Notes: generated from the letters alone by a model not told the origin. Shown: positions 28,665-44,440, numbered from the stretch's first letter. The stretch: DNA of 64,000 nucleotides from Eledone cirrhosa (GCA_964016885.1 OZ024741.1:38750001-38814000), one strand, 5' to 3'. A program made the numbers and translations.

Positions 28665-29899
28665 TATTTTCTTTCAGTGCCTAACTCCACGCAACGTGAC
28701 ATGACTGGTCAAGCAAGTATGTGTTATGCACTGGCTGGCAGCATATTGTGTAATTGTGTACGTCGTGACTTTATATAATCGATATGCCGGAAATTGGTGC
28801 AGATATTTCAAAGGATTGATCTCTTTAGAACTTTCTATCGATTTATGCCATCCACCGTTCAGTTCACAGAAAGAGTGTTACTGGAGTGGCCCTAAAACAG
28901 TTCTTAGAAATAGGTCACTATACCTGTTTACACTCTAGGGATTCCACCTCTCTATTACCTTTTATTTAGTTTTCTCTATTGACAACGTTCATTCATAAGC
29001 ACAGAAATCGTTAAAACCTTGCACAGAATACTTTGTCGTATCTAATATTTAAGGTTTGCTTACGTACTTGCTTGAAATTCCACTCGTGTTGACTTACTTC
29101 TTCGCCCAGTTAAAAAACCACACCTATATACTTATATTAAAACCTCCCAAAAGTAAGTACAAGAACCATAAATGGAAACATCTAGCCTGGTCATGTAGGA
29201 TCCACGACTAGGGACACATTGCCTCAGGTGGCAGCTGTCCATGTAAAATAAATGCCTGTCTGAAAACTAAAGTTAAGTGAGAATATCAGAACACTGACTA
29301 GGTCTATCAGGATACTATACACGACTTTCAGATAAAGAAACTTCGAAGCTGTTTCTTTGAAATCTAACATGGCAAAGTGTGGGGAAAGCGTTGTAGATAC
29401 CATGTCATATACATGGACATCCCGTAGCAAGATACTGGCCTAGAGTCTATCCTGCAACTGAAGATTCAATGATAAATAGAGAAATATAGCCATATAGAGA
29501 TAAATTATTTTAACTTGACTCTCGTTATGTATATTGGAGTAGAAGGCTACACATATATATAGGATATTTAAGTAGGATTGTTTTACTTTTCCAAAATCTG
29601 GCAGAATTGATAGGTATCTTACGTTAGTTTTTCCCGCTCTTTGTATTATGAGTTCAACTCCCGATTTTGTCTACTTGGTTGGTAGACTTAATCTGCTGCC
29701 CATTTAATGCCCCATCCCAGGTTTTTTGAGTGCCTTTAGCGGAGTCCTCTTAGTTGCAAACTTTTCAGTCAGGTCCCTATCTTGAAAATATCTTTCTGCC
29801 TGCTTCTCTCCCCCCTCCCCTTCCTCACATATCTCGGAGGCCCTAAAATGAGCCAGGGACACTGTCCTTCCCTCCTAGAATAAAAAATAATGATAATAA

Positions 29900-30856
29900 T
29901 AATTGTTTCTACTTTTGGCACAAGGCCAGCAATTATCCCAGAGTATTACTGGTACTTTATTTTATCGACCCTATAAAGATGAAAGACAAAGTTAACCTCG
30001 GCGGGATTTGAACTCAGAACGTAAAGGACCATAACTCTATGCTGTAAAGCATGGTGTCTGACGCTCCACCGATGCTGCCAAATGGCAAGGGCCGTAACTC
30101 TATGCGTCAAAGCATGGTGTCCGACCCTCTACCGATACTGCCATGACCTCAGTGGTTAGGATGGTATAGTTAGTTACATGTTATAATAGTGGAACACCAT
30201 ATTTTAACACTGTGTCACCATGTAGGAGTGGTATCAGTAGTCAGGTTGGAATAATAATAATAATTGTTTCTACTTTTTGGCACAAGGTCAGCAATTAACT
30301 CAGTGTATTACTGGTACTTTATTTTATCGACCCCGTAAGGATGAAAGGCAAAGTCAACTTCGGCGGGATTTGAACTCAGTCCGTTAAGGGACGTAACTGT
30401 GCTACAAAGCATGGCGTCCGACCCTCTACCGATACTGCCAATCAATGGTTTCTTATATAGGCACAAGGCCATAACATTTGGAGGAGGGGAAAGTCGATTA
30501 AATCGGCCCCAGTGCGTGACTGGTACTTTATTTTATCGACCCCGTAAGAATAAAAGGCAAAGCTAACCTCGGTGGGATTTAAACTCAGTACGTAAAGGGC
30601 CGTAACTCCATGCCACGAAACAGGGTGTTCAACGCTCTACCGATACTGCCAATCCACCTCCTATATAATTATTTCTATATTAAACACAAGGCCAGTAATT
30701 TGAAGGGAAGAGAAAAGTCGATTAAATCGACTCCAGTGCACTTTAGCGACCCCGTAAGGATGAAAGGCAAAGCTATCTCGGATTTGAACTTTGAACGTAA
30801 AGAGCCATAACTCTATGCCGTAAGGCATATTGTCCGCCGTTCTACCGATACTGCAA
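29900..30856 (-). mobile_element. Tandem cluster of about 4 main-family SINEs
   Basis: Repeated CGACCCCGTAAGGATGAAAGGCAAAG...GGATTTGAACT...CTACCGATACTGCC units. Confidence 0.9.
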
Positions 30857-31387
30857 CAACCTGAAGGCAACATGCTTCACACTGAAATGAAATACAGGTT
30901 ACATATTAAGCATTTTATGTCATCTTCTCTGCTAAAGCAGGAGTTACTCTTGTCGCTTTTTGTCGCCTCTAACAACATGGAGGGATACGGCAGTGTATCT
31001 ATTTTAAACTAGTTATACACAACATCTTGCTCAAGGAATTTGTTAATTTTAATTAATTATATATAACCGGTTTTTATAACGGCAAATATCACAGCAAAAT
31101 ATCTATCAGGGCGATAAAATTATTTCAGATATCTATAAAGTCATCTACTAAAGTAAGTCGCTATGTGGACGACCTAACAACATAAAGCTGTTAAAACTAT
31201 TTGAAATAGAAGAAAATTAAAATAGCAGACATTTAAATGAACGTTTCTGTTAAATTCATTAACTATATTAACTACTTAAACAGAGAAAAGTCACAAACAG
31301 AAAAACAAACAAACTTGTTGCTGAAATCAGAAAAATATATAAAAGTTATAAAAGAAAATCAATTGATTTATTTTAGAAAGAAAAAAA

Positions 31388-32280
31388 AGGCGGTAGATTA
31401 GCAGTATCAGTAGAGCATCAGACACTATGTTTCGTGGCATAGTGTTATGGCCCTTTCCGTTCTGAGTTTAGCTTTGGCTTTCATCCTTACGAGACCGATA
31501 AAATAAAGCACCAGTAATGCACTGGGTCGATTTAATAGACTTTTCCCTGTCCCAAAAATTATTGGCCTTGTGCCTAAACTAGAAACCATAAAGGCGGTGG
31601 ATTGGCAGATTTCATGAAACGTTGGATAAATCGTTTTTCGGTATTTATTTTAGCTCCTTACATTCTGAGTTCAAATCCCACCGAAATTAATTTTACCTTT
31701 CAGTTTGTCAGAGTTGGTAAAATAAAGTTCCTGCCAACTACTGAAGTTGATATAATTGACTACGCCTCCCCACAAATTGCTGAGCTTGTACCTAAATTAA
31801 AATGTCATTATTTTATTGAAAAAAGCGTACTGGATTGACAGAATTGGTAGAGCGTCTGATAAAATTACGGCAATTATTCTGGTTCTTTATGCGCTTAAGT
31901 TAAATCCAGCTCAGGTCAACTTTACCTTTCCTTCTTCTTGGGTCGATGGAATAAAGTAGCAGTAAAGCACAGGATCGATAAAATAAAGGACCAGTCAAGT
32001 ACGGGGTCGATTTAATCGACATCTTCTTCCCTCGAAATTGCTGGTTTTCTGCTTAAATCAGAAACCATTAATAAGGAAAACAATTACGTTCTTATAGCAG
32101 AATCGGTAGAGTGCCAAACAAAATGTTTCGTGGTATATGTCGCGGTTCCTTACGTTCAGGGTTTAAATGCCACTGATGTCAACGTTGCATTTAATCCTTT
32201 CGGGGTCAGTAAAATAAAATACCAGTCAAATGTTAGGGTCGACTTTATCAAATATGTTCTGCCTAAATTATAAACCGTTA
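31388..32280 (+). mobile_element. Tandem cluster of about 4 older main-family SINEs
   Basis: Diverged copies starting near 31388, 31593, 31830 and 32095. Confidence 0.8.
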
Positions 32281-32428
32281 TTTATAATTGATTTATGGAT
32301 ATGACATGTGGGTTAAATGTTCCTTTAACTCAAACTTCAAATAAGCCATGTACAGAGCTTATTCAATCGACTACACCGGTGAACACAATATTGTTTTTAA
32401 TTTGTAGCCAATGTGAGAAACATATTCT

Positions 32429-32602
32429 CAGACCTGTCAATTCTCCCACCAACTTTAGGGTGGGTGAGAGATGTCTTCTCTGGTGAAAATGGGTATATCT
32501 TTCGTTATGTAGAATCTCCCAATTTTGCTTAATTTCTCCCCATTTTGGGGCAATTTCTTTCATGGTGCTCGCTGTTTGGAATTTTAGAGGTTGGCATGTT
32601 TG
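32429..32602. mobile_element. Possible MITE (about 175 bp)
   Basis: Imperfect TIRs CAGACCTGTCAA / TTGGCATGTTTG. The right end recurs at about 36520-36561 (TTTTAGAGGTTGGCAGGTCTG). No clean TSD. Confidence 0.45.
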
Positions 32603-34911
32603 AATTCTAGCTATAATAAATTCTGTCTTTGTGCTCTATGTGTTGGTTGAAATAGGAATGTGTCTGGCAGTATGTGATGATGGCTAGAACTTTCTCGTTG
32701 ATGGTTGACTATGGCTTTCATTAATTCAGGGTCAACATCATATGGCAAAACGTTAGAACATTTGGCAAAGTGCTTAGATGTGTTCGTTAAAGTTAAAATT
32801 CGCCAGTCAACTTTTTTTTTCATCATTTCTGGGCCTATAAAATAAAGTTCCAGTCAAGTCCTCTGAACGACTTTTTCAACTTTCATCTACTCTCCACAAT
32901 TTGCTGGTCCTGTGCTTAAATTTGAAACCAGTATTACCAGGTGTTGTTTAGTTCAGACCGGATTTAATAGAGAAAATCTATGATGGAAGATGCTCTAGCC
33001 GTGACTATCCCATCTATTGTGTTTTAGATATTGCGTTTTAAACTATATTAACGTATATATTCTTACATATTAACACGTTAGGTTCTGCTTTGGGTCACGA
33101 TTTCGCTGATATTTGTAGCAGGTGGAGAAAAGGTTTTATTTTTACACTTGAGTCGAAGTAGAAACGGCAATGCCCCTGACACTTTTCAGGGCCTGAGAGA
33201 TGGATAGGAGAGAGAGGAAAGTATCTTCAAACCGGTGACCTCGTCTGAATATTTGCAACAAACTTAACTTCGTAGAAGACATCCAAAAGCAAACTTGTGG
33301 TGTTAAACAAGACTACGGATTATGTCAGTTATCCATGTATAGAGCAGGGGAGGGGGATATATTTAATTAAAAATACATAACATATAGCAATGCATCTCTA
33401 CTGAGAGAACTAATGAGTTTTTAATTTTACAAATTCAAACATGACTACATTAAACAACATTAATTGAACTGTTATAATGCTATAATTAACTAAATAGTTC
33501 TATATATTACTTTAAATACTGAAGCACTAAACATGCTACCGTGTATAATATTATAAAACTAATGAAACTTAATGAGAAAGTTGGTTCTGCTTTTTATAAC
33601 GTTCATAAACGTTAGATAAAACTGATTCGTCGTTTGCAAGATAATCTATAAGAAGTTTGCCTCGCAATCATAAGATCCGGGTTCGATCTATTGCATGGAA
33701 TATTGGGCAAGTGTCATGTACTGTAGCCTCTAGTCGACCGAAGCCTTGTGTTTGAAATTAAGCTAGCGGTCACTGTTTCGAAGCTTGCCCATTGGATTGT
33801 ACCTGTAACTCAAAGGACCGCTTCGTCACACACAGCGCTGAATCTCCATTACGTTAGAGGTACACATGTCTGCAGAAGGCTCAGCCCCCCATTCATGGGT
33901 AAGTATTTTCGTTGATCGAGCAGCTTCAATACTCATCATCGAAATCGATATCCAATTTCTCTGTAGGTTTAGCACGTAAGTGGTTCTCAGCTAAAGACAC
34001 CCGCATTGTGGTATGTTATGTAAGTTACATAGATGAGTGCAACACAGGATAGAAACAACTGGCACCGGCTTGAATCGATCTTCCAGCTTGTAATTACTGA
34101 ATAGTACTTGTGAAAGCGGGTGGCTTAGTGGTTATAGAATTGGATTCGTAATCGTGAGGTTGCGTAATCAATTCCTTGACATGGTGGTGCTTTATGTCTT
34201 TCAGAAATACACTTTATTTCACGTTGCTCCTACTGCCAGAAATTGCGACTGGTAGATAGCATCAGCAATGGAAAGACCGATGGAAACATAGTTTTACCTG
34301 CTCCTATTTGACAAGTTTCACCCCACTCGGTAAGCGAATAAGGTCTTGTCGATTGACCCTCCACTCAATAATACTGTAGTTCTACTCCTAAGTTTTCAAT
34401 ACACGCGAATGTCGTGGGAGAGTGCAGCAGAGGTGATGAAATCTAAACATATAGGGTAACAGAGAGTTCATTCACATCATTAAATGACAAAGACAAGAGA
34501 AAGTGAGGGAAGTTTCTTCGCTGATTCATCTATCAAGAGATCAAATATCACTTGAACTTATTTTGTGGTAATGTGACATATGTGTCGGCGATAGGTAGTA
34601 GAATGATAGAAATCATTTGAGCGTCGAAAAATTGCCCTGTATTGTTTAGATCTGGACTTATATGTTGAATTCACATTCCGCTGAATTCAACTTTACCTTT
34701 CACCATTTCGGAATCGCTAAATTGAAATTCAATTCAATAATTGTAATGTATACCAGAATCCAAGTAAAAGAACTTTGACATTAATCGATTTTGGCATAAA
34801 ATTTGGTTTTTATATTTGAGTGAACAGAACGTCATGGTTTACATATTTCCAACGGTCAGTCACTTTTTCACTGCACTGCAGATAGCATGGACAATGAAAT
34901 ATCTGTATAAA

Positions 34912-35880
34912 TAATTGTTTCTATTTTTAGGCACAAGGCCAGCAATTACCCAGTACATTACTGGTACTTTATTTTATCGACCCCGTAAGGATGAAAGGCA
35001 AAGTTAACCTCGGCGGGATTTGAACTCAGATCATAAAGGGACGTAACTCTATGCTTCTGTATTTTTATAAGCGTTGTCGTTATATAAGAAGTTTTCTGTT
35101 TTAGAGTGTGACAGGCCTTGCTGCTCTCATATTTCTAAGCCAACGTAACTGCCCATTGAGACATTGAAATAACTAGCTTCGTTTTCCTTAATTTGACATG
35201 TATCCCCGCTGAAGAGGGTGAATCTGCTGGCGTATATTATAGTCTTCAGATCACATCACAGAAAGCAGTGATAAGAACCAACACAGCGAGGTATTGACTT
35301 AGCCATTTCTTTAGACGTATCTATCAAATTTATGCATAATAGACATGTTAAGAGACATTATGCGTATAGACATGTTTCTAAAAACTGCTTTATCTCATTT
35401 TGTAGGTGCAATGATTGATAATAGGGAAACTTTATTTTTAAATGACATTACGATATTAATACAAATACCGGGTGGGCAAAAATCTTTTCTTGATTATAAA
35501 ATACCATATCACAGATACTATTTGAACTTTTACTTTTTCATTGTTTTAATTTATAAATATCAAGTTTAAAGTTTTTCTGGGCATGTTTTACATTCTCTTT
35601 TCTACAGGAAGTAGTGGTAACTTGCAGTAACAAAATGTCATCTATGAAACAAAAAGCTCAGCGTGTTTTGTGGTTTCGAAGAATTTATGCTTACCCTGTA
35701 TATCCTATTTAATTGTTTCTACATTTGGCACAAGGCCAGCAATTACCTAGTACATTACTAGTACTTTATTTTATTGGCCCCGTAAGGATGAAAGGCAAAG
35801 TTAACCTCGGCGGGATTTGAACTCAGTTCGTAAAGGGACGTAACTGTGCTGCAAAGCATGGCATCCGACCCGCCAATCCT
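34912..35880 (-). mobile_element. Two main-family SINEs (34912-35055, 35710-35880)
   Basis: Central domain and B-box as above. Confidence 0.85.
35466..35682 (+). mobile_element. Possible 5' end of a Tc1/mariner-type transposon
   Basis: TA|CCGGGTGGGCAAAA terminus, then ATG 35635 MSSMKQKAQRVLWF, resembling N-termini of Tc1-like transposases. Truncated. Confidence 0.4.
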
Positions 35881-37061
35881 ATTTAATGTGCAGGAGTTGG
35901 AACTGCATCCGTTCTCACAACGAGAATTCTATTCATTTGATCAACAGAACAGTTTTCCCGTGTAATAAGGTACAAGTGGCTGAGCATCAAGCCCATACAT
36001 GAACCCTTTAACCTATTTCCCAGGGAAATTCCCAGTGTCACAAGTTTCACAATGTTGTCCCATTGAATTACAGGTATAATTAATTTTTCCCAGCTGAGTG
36101 GAAATAAAGTGTATTGCTCAAAGACACAACTCACTGTCGAGACTTGAACTTATGACAACTTTGTGATTGTAAGCTGAATACCCTAACAACTTAGCCACAG
36201 GTCTCCATATATTTAATATAATATATGCTACATACACACAGATACCACACACACGCACACACAGATACAGACAGACAGACACGCGCGCGCGCTCACATAT
36301 ATATATATAAATGTACAGAATTATTATTTAAGACATCACAATCCAGTAGAGTGGGAATAACATTTATTGCATAACACTGACACATGTTTCATCGTATGTG
36401 TTACATATCAGTCTAAGATCGCTAATATTTGACTCATTCAATCAAATTAAATCGAATCCGACTACTTGAAAAATCATATTCGACACAACAAATTTTGAAA
36501 GTGGAATAATAACCTTTTTCATGGTACTCCCCGTTTCATTTTTTAGAGGTTGGCAGGTCTGACATACACTCTGAGTGTACCGACCAAGTTTGATCGAGCC
36601 TCTGTCTGTGTTCAAATGGCATTATAATGATCCTCACCAGTCATTTATTTTTAGCCAGAACTGCCTCCATTAGAGTTCCCCAAACTCTTTCGACTACCAC
36701 CCCATTTCTAGAAAATATATTTCATCACCAACCACAGAACTGTTAAGTTGATATAAAATTATACGTTAAAACTCTAAAAAGTAATTAATATTTATGCTAG
36801 AACACAGTGTATATTTAATGATCTGAAGGTAAATTCAATGTAGATTTAACTACTACTTTTGTTTAATTTGAAGCCTTCTTTGTGAAAGAGTGAAGTGCGA
36901 AATGTAAACACGTTCAACTATTAAGATATAGACAGAAAAAAAAAACAATATATATTTCTTATGTTTTTTTTCTGTAAATGGAGGAATATTTACAATTCAG
37001 ACATTGTTTTCACAGCGAAGCTTTGTCATTAAAAGAAAAACAGTTGTTATATCTACATTAA

Positions 37062-37092
<31 letters not shown>

Positions 37093-37338
37093 CTTCTTCT
37101 TCTTGGTTTCCTGTCGGTTGTTTTTTTCCCCCATAACATCTGTTCAACGATATTTTCCTGAGACATTCTAACCACATGCCTGTAGTATCGGAGCTGTGAT
37201 CTCGCAATTTGGAGAAGTAGCGGCTCTACCTGGAGCGACTCTCTGATATCGAGTAACGTTCTCCCAAACTCTTGCGAGGAACTCTATTTCGGCTGCTTCT
37301 ATTCCCAATCATATTCTTTTGGTCATTACACAAGATTC

Positions 37339-37800
37339 GTGATCATAGATAAAGGTTGGCACGAATACAAAATTGGAGAAAGCGACTTCAGATCAGCAAA
37401 TAAAGTATTCTGGCAGACTATCTACCGACTTCGTAATAAGACATCTTACTCTACACTTGCTACTTCAAACGTGTCTGGGATTCTCCTCTATTCAGAGAAG
37501 GGCATCTTCGCGAGGTGGAGAGAATATTTTGCTGATCTCATAAACTCGGTTACAACAGCATCTTCTGATGTGCACGAGGTGCATTTAGGAATGATGACTA
37601 ATCTCTCTGAGGCTAAGGCCACAAGAGCAATTAAAGAGCTCAAATATAGCAAGGTCACTGGGCGGGATGAAATTCGGCTCGAGATGTTAAAAACCTTAAA
37701 TAGAGAAAGCATTCTCTGGATGACTTGTGGGTGCCGGGTGTCCTGGATCTCTGATAAGACACCTAAGCAATGGCAATCAGGGTTGATAATCCCCAAGATT
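37339..37800 (+). mobile_element. RTE-like LINE ORF2 fragment (pre-RT region)
   Basis: RWREYFADLIN, AIKELKYSKVTGRDEIRLEMLK, TPKQWQSGLIIP. Confidence 0.75.
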
Positions 37801-40194
37801 TGCAAATTTATCATACGGCTTTATTTAATCATTATCGAGGATTTTCTGCAAAGAGCCAGATATATACTAAACATTTTCTCTGATATTGCTCACAAAGCAC
37901 ATACACTTTACAGCAACGGATAAAATCATTTACAATATCTCGCAGGGTCCTTGAGTTCAAATAACGCCAATGTCAGTTTTTATTTTCATTCTTTCGGAGT
38001 TGATAAATGAAGTACCAGTCCAGAATTTGGGTCGTTTTCTTTCTCTCCGTCTCTTTCTCTATATAAGAAATAATAGCTCAGTCAGTTTTATGTCATTGAC
38101 GTAAAATGCCGTAGGTCATGACGTTGCCTCTACAACTACTCCACCAGGAACGAAGGAAATAAAGAAGGAAGAAAATAACATAGGTAGTAGCTTGACATTT
38201 TTGAAATTAGAATTACTAGGAATGCCATGTTTTGAAGCTTTAATTGTTGCAATCGAAAACGTGGTCGGCCACTGTTTAATTGAAGACCATTTTTGATGGA
38301 TGATCTGAAGCAAGTGAAAACAGCTCGTGAGTTGACAGTTACAAGTTTTTTTTTTAAATACAAGCTGTCATGTTTTCAATACGTATATGGAGTGACTTAT
38401 ATGTTGACATCTGAAGGCCGGATCGAGAAAACTTGAAACAAGATAATAGACGACTTTTTTGCATACGTCAAATGTTTTCATGGTGTCATTGTAAAAGTCA
38501 TGTAGCACATGTATTATGAAAACTACCTAGAAATTATTATGGATCTTCCGTCAGTTTCAACGATGTGCATTCAGTTATTCGATTAACTGAACACCAACTC
38601 AGGAATTAACGTCTAAGTGGTTGATTATTCCCTCCTACACGCGTAGCCTTAACGTAATTCCTAAAACGTAATTCCTAAAACAAATCAACATGACAGTCTA
38701 TGACAAGGCTGGATACAATCCATCCATCCAGTTTCCATCCACTCAGTTTCACTCACCAGGTTTGTGTGAAGTTGGGGCTAAGGTAAAACCCCTCGGGCAA
38801 GATACCACGCGGTGGTACTGAACTAGGGATCTCATGATTGTGAAGCTAACTTCTTAACTATTCAGCTATGCCTGCATCATCCCGAAAACTATAGGGAAGC
38901 AGTATTTGAAGCCATCAATGTTGTAATTTTACCATCAGATGCCATGAAAAATTACCGTTTTCTTTTCATTTGTTTAATCAATTCATAAACCACATTCGGT
39001 TACGGCAAATCATGATAAGGTATCCGTAAATGGCAAGATCCTCTCCAAGGTACAGATCCGGACATGTCTCCTCTTTCCCTACCTTCGATGGCCAAAAGTT
39101 GATATTGCGGGGGAACTTAAAACACAAAGAGTCGCAAGAAATATCGCAAGGCAACACTAACAACACCACTAATTCACAGACCCAAAACTGGTATTTTTAT
39201 TTATTAACCTCGAAAGGATAAAAGGCAAAAATTGACATTGGGCCGCTACTGGATTTGAACTCAGTGCTGAAAGCCAAAAAAAAAAAAAAAAACGCCACGA
39301 ACATTTAATCCGGCGTTCTAACAAGTGCACCAGTTCACCACCAGATGTTCTGAAATAGTCTCTAAAGAATCAATGGTGTTGACATAGGTTCAGAGTCTGA
39401 TTTATTCGACGAACACAGTTGTAAAGCATTCTGTGACCTGTTATCATCATTCCTATATCAATATTGATTCATGTAGGTATGAAATAATTTATTCAAGTGT
39501 TCAAAACACATTTTTAGTATCTTAGGGTGATGTCAGTTATATACTCAGAATAATAAAGTGGGTTCAGACATTACATGCGCAACTGGTTCTTCAAGGCCAT
39601 CACGTTAGTAAATCTCCACGTATGTTGATGACCCTGATAAGTTCCATAATGTTATAGGAGTCTTCCACGTGTTATCGAATATACTTTTATCTCCTTTAAG
39701 TATAACATAAAAACAAAGAAGCAAACACGCACACACACGCACACGCACACACATTAACACACATGCAGACACACACACACACACACATACACACACACAA
39801 ACAGACATGCATACACACGCACTCATCCACGCAATTGAATGAGTAAGTACAGTTGTCCCCCATTTTACATGGTTAATTTATTCCCCAAGTCCACTACGTT
39901 AGTAAAACCATCTATGTTGAAGACCCATCGATTTTTTGGAGGAGGCAAGATGTCAGATTCTCTGGTAGTTGAGAGAACTCAGGGAAAGAATGCCAGTGGA
40001 AGGAGGTAGTTTTCTCCTTTATATCAGATGACGTGGCTTCGTGCGTAACACACCCTTAAGTGTTTTTATTTTTATTTTATTTCGACTGTGTGTGGAAGAC
40101 GTCACGACTAAGACCGCGTAAGATGCGGCCCCCACTCTATAGACACTACGATTTAAAGAGAATTCTGAAAGTCTCTCGAGCTAACAGAAATCAA

Positions 40195-40330
40195 TGTAGT
40201 TGGAAAATCCTCGGCCCTAGGGCTACCTCCCTACTCACCACCATAGGCACTGAGCTAATCAGCCGCAAGTGTGAGCCCCGCGAGCTGGAATGGCTTTTCC
40301 AGCGCGTCTACCTTGCCGTCATCCGAGAGA
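40195..40330 (+). mobile_element. CRE-like retrotransposon C-terminal remnant
   Basis: LGPRATSLLTTIG...RELEWLFQRVYLAVIR resembles the terminal motif of CRE-type endonuclease domains. Confidence 0.5.
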
Positions 40331-40897
40331 TGAAATTAGTTAAAGCAAATGATAAGTTAGTCTAAAATACGTCACAGAATAACAACGTTATCAACTAAAC
40401 ACTTTATCTATAACACCGTTCTTTGAGCAAAGTACACTTCGGTGGGATTTGTATTCAGAGAGCAGTGTGCTGGAAGGAATACCACAGAGCATACACTCCG
40501 ACGTTCTAATAAGTCTGCCAATTCACCGCCTTATGTATATAGTAATACAGTTTAAATTTGGGTTGAACTGAATGAATTTGTAGCACCATTTTCAGTATCG
40601 AATGACAAGGAAAAAGAATTTACGACCAAATCTTTACTGTAACATTGGGTACAGATTCCAAACAATAGCACGCGTATGATTCAAAGCCTACTCTGGTTTA
40701 CTGTGTAGATATAACAGCATTAACGGCATCAATAACCTTATGTTCTTGTACTGAATACACCAAGGCGTTAACGAAAGTAACTTGAAGCTCAGTCCCAACG
40801 GGTTTCCTTTGATCGTTTATTTTCTTTGACCTAGCTGTCGAAAAGGCCGGAGCTTAGCCGTCGGGGTCCCGACTATTTTCCTATAAATATATATATA

Positions 40898-40951
<54 letters not shown>

Positions 40952-40974
40952 CACCCGTCACACACACACTCACG

Positions 40975-41167
<193 letters not shown>

Positions 41168-42121
41168 CTCACACTTATATATTTACAGACAATGTACACA
41201 TCAAAGCCAATACAGACAATGTACACATCAAAACCAATACGTCTTGTTTGTTATCAATTAAGGTGGTCCTCCATAAATCTCAAGTGTTACTCACATTAGT
41301 AAGTTTTACCGCAGTCTATTCTTGATGAAAGGAGCTGCATGCCCTTGAAATTCTCAGGGAGATTCAGTGTGACACAGTATATGAAAAGTATGGCTCTCTG
41401 AAGTACAGGTACACCTCGTTTTTACCAGCTGAGTGAACTGAAGCAACATGAGGTAAAATGTTCGCTGAAGGACCAACGCACTGCTAGGAATCGAACCGAC
41501 AGCCTTCAACTGAACACATTAACCACTATGCTACGAACCTTCACGTACATTGGTATATTGCTAACTTATACCACTTCCCGAATACTACCTCAGATTTTGT
41601 TGATTCATTCTAATACATCTAAAAAAAGAAAAAGAAAATCCGAAATGTTTGGCTCACCAACCAATAATAGACAACTATTTTTTGACTCAGAGATGTGTCG
41701 CTTTCCAACTTTCCATCTTCTGGCACTAACCATGATAACGCTCTACATTACAAGATATAAAGTACAAGGCACAAAATAAATGGCCGAACTCAATATTTTT
41801 TCAGCTTAGTTCATGGACTTATTTTATTAATCTCTTTTTTGTCGAAACACTAGTTTACGGCAGATACACAAGCATAAATACACACACTCACATAAGCATA
41901 TATATGTATATCTATATATAATTAGAAAGTTAACAACACAATATATAACTACGCCAATGGTAATGGAGTGTCGTTCACTTTCTAATTAAATTAGCTCTGT
42001 TCTATACATAGAGCACTCGTTCCTCCTTTGATTTTTCTTCGTAAATACTTTACATACATTTCAAGGGCGGTGCCCCACCATGGCCTCAGCCGGATGGCTG
42101 AAACAGGTAAAAGAGTAAAAG

Positions 42122-42487
<366 letters not shown>

Positions 42488-42501
42488 GTACATACATACA
42501 T

Positions 42502-42534
<33 letters not shown>

Positions 42535-42558
42535 GTTATACTTGGGGAGCGTCATATT

Positions 42559-42604
<46 letters not shown>

Positions 42605-42869
42605 CATATATATATCCATATATATGTGTGTGTGTGTGTGTGTGTGTATGTGTGTGTGCATTTTTCGTCCACCAAATTACTCTCACAAGGTATTAGTCAA
42701 ATCATGTAGGTGTCACTTGCTCAAATTCCTATGATGAGGTAATGAAAGCGAAGCTAATGTAGTTACGAAGAGAACTACTTAACCACACAGCCATGCCTGC
42801 ACGTAACACGAAAGATAAATCGGATCTTAAAACTAACAAGGGAAAAACTTCAGCATATACGACAATCAC

Positions 42870-43310
42870 CTGAGGCTAATCAATAAACGTATAGCTACTG
42901 TTTAGCCAAGTAATGAAGTTTACCACCACCTGGAGCTAATTATTGAACACTGCAGCCATCAGGAGTCAATCAATGTACCCTGCAGCCATACGGAGCCAAT
43001 CAATGAACCCTGCAGGCACCAGGAGTCAATCAATAACCATACAGGCACCAGTAGCCAATCAATAACCATACAGGCACCAGTAGCCAATCAATAACCCTAC
43101 AGGCACCAGGAGCCAATCAATAACCCTACAGGCACCAGGAGCCAATCAATAACCCTACAGGCACCAGGAGCCAATCAATAACCCTACAGGCACCAGGAGC
43201 CAATCAATAACCCTACAGCCATAAATAGTAAATCAATGAACTCTGCAGCTATCCGGAGACAATTACTTAACCTTACAACCAGCTGGAGCGGATCAATAAA
43301 ACTATACAGC
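42870..43310. repeat. 29-bp tandem repeat (CAGGCACCAGGAGCCAATCAATAACCCTA)n, about 12-14 units decaying outward
   Basis: AGGC recurs at 43101, 43130 and 43159; outer units are 28-30 bp. Confidence 0.9.
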
Positions 43311-43724
43311 CGCTTGAAGCCACCCGAGGAGCCCAGTAGAGACATGGAGACGATCAATGGACCAGACAGTAACCTGTACCCAACCAATGAACCCTTCAGA
43401 TCCAGAGTTACTTTCACAACTTGATTCCGCCCAGGGTCACCTCGTCAAAGAGGACTAATTACCTCTTTCTGCTGTTATCCCCCAGTATGCCGAAGGTAAG
43501 ACCATTCACTCAGACATTGGTACACGTTCAGAAATTTGGGAGGATTCAACAATTAGATGGTTAAATCGACCTTTAATCATGATTGGTATTTTATTTTATC
43601 GATCTTCGGAAACAGGGAAGGCAAATTTAACCTCGGTCGGATCTGAACTCAGAAACTACAAATATCAGCAACAACAAAAATACCGCAAAGCATTTTCTTT
43701 CCGGCGCTCTAACGATTCAGCCAA

Positions 43725-44075
<351 letters not shown>

Positions 44076-44440
44076 GCATTTCAACTGGACAATAAGCAAA
44101 TAAATGAAAAGGAATTCTTTCTCACAAACTGGTTCCACCTAGATCAATTTGATTGCATAGGAGAAGTAGTAGGGGTGGTGGTGCATTTCTGAAAGGTTGA
44201 TTATGAAAGTGTTTGTTGCTGTTGCTGCTGCTGTTGTTGTTGCTGTTGTTGTTGCTGCTGTTGTTGACGAGGCATTGAAGCTATTATACAAACACCAACT
44301 AAGTAAATATACAAACAAGTAAATAAGTAGATGGAAAGATAAGTAAATTAGGTGTGTTAGTTAAAGATTGTACATTCGTAGATCTTCCCGTTACTCAGTT
44401 TAGGGTGTTTGATGTTGTTGTTGTTGTTGTTGTTGTTGTT

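Noticed and set aside
27678-28778. Poly-Pro/Thr/Gly ORFs
   Set aside because: (TA)n and (ACC)n microsatellites.
41318-41355. TTGATGA-aagg...cctt-GAAA, and similar partial cores near 36380-36445, 40750-40785 and 50978-51010
   Set aside because: Core substitutions or a missing helix I/III; possible relics but not supportable individually.
42870-43310. CRISPR-like array
   Set aside because: Contiguous tandem units without unique spacers, eukaryotic context, no cas genes.
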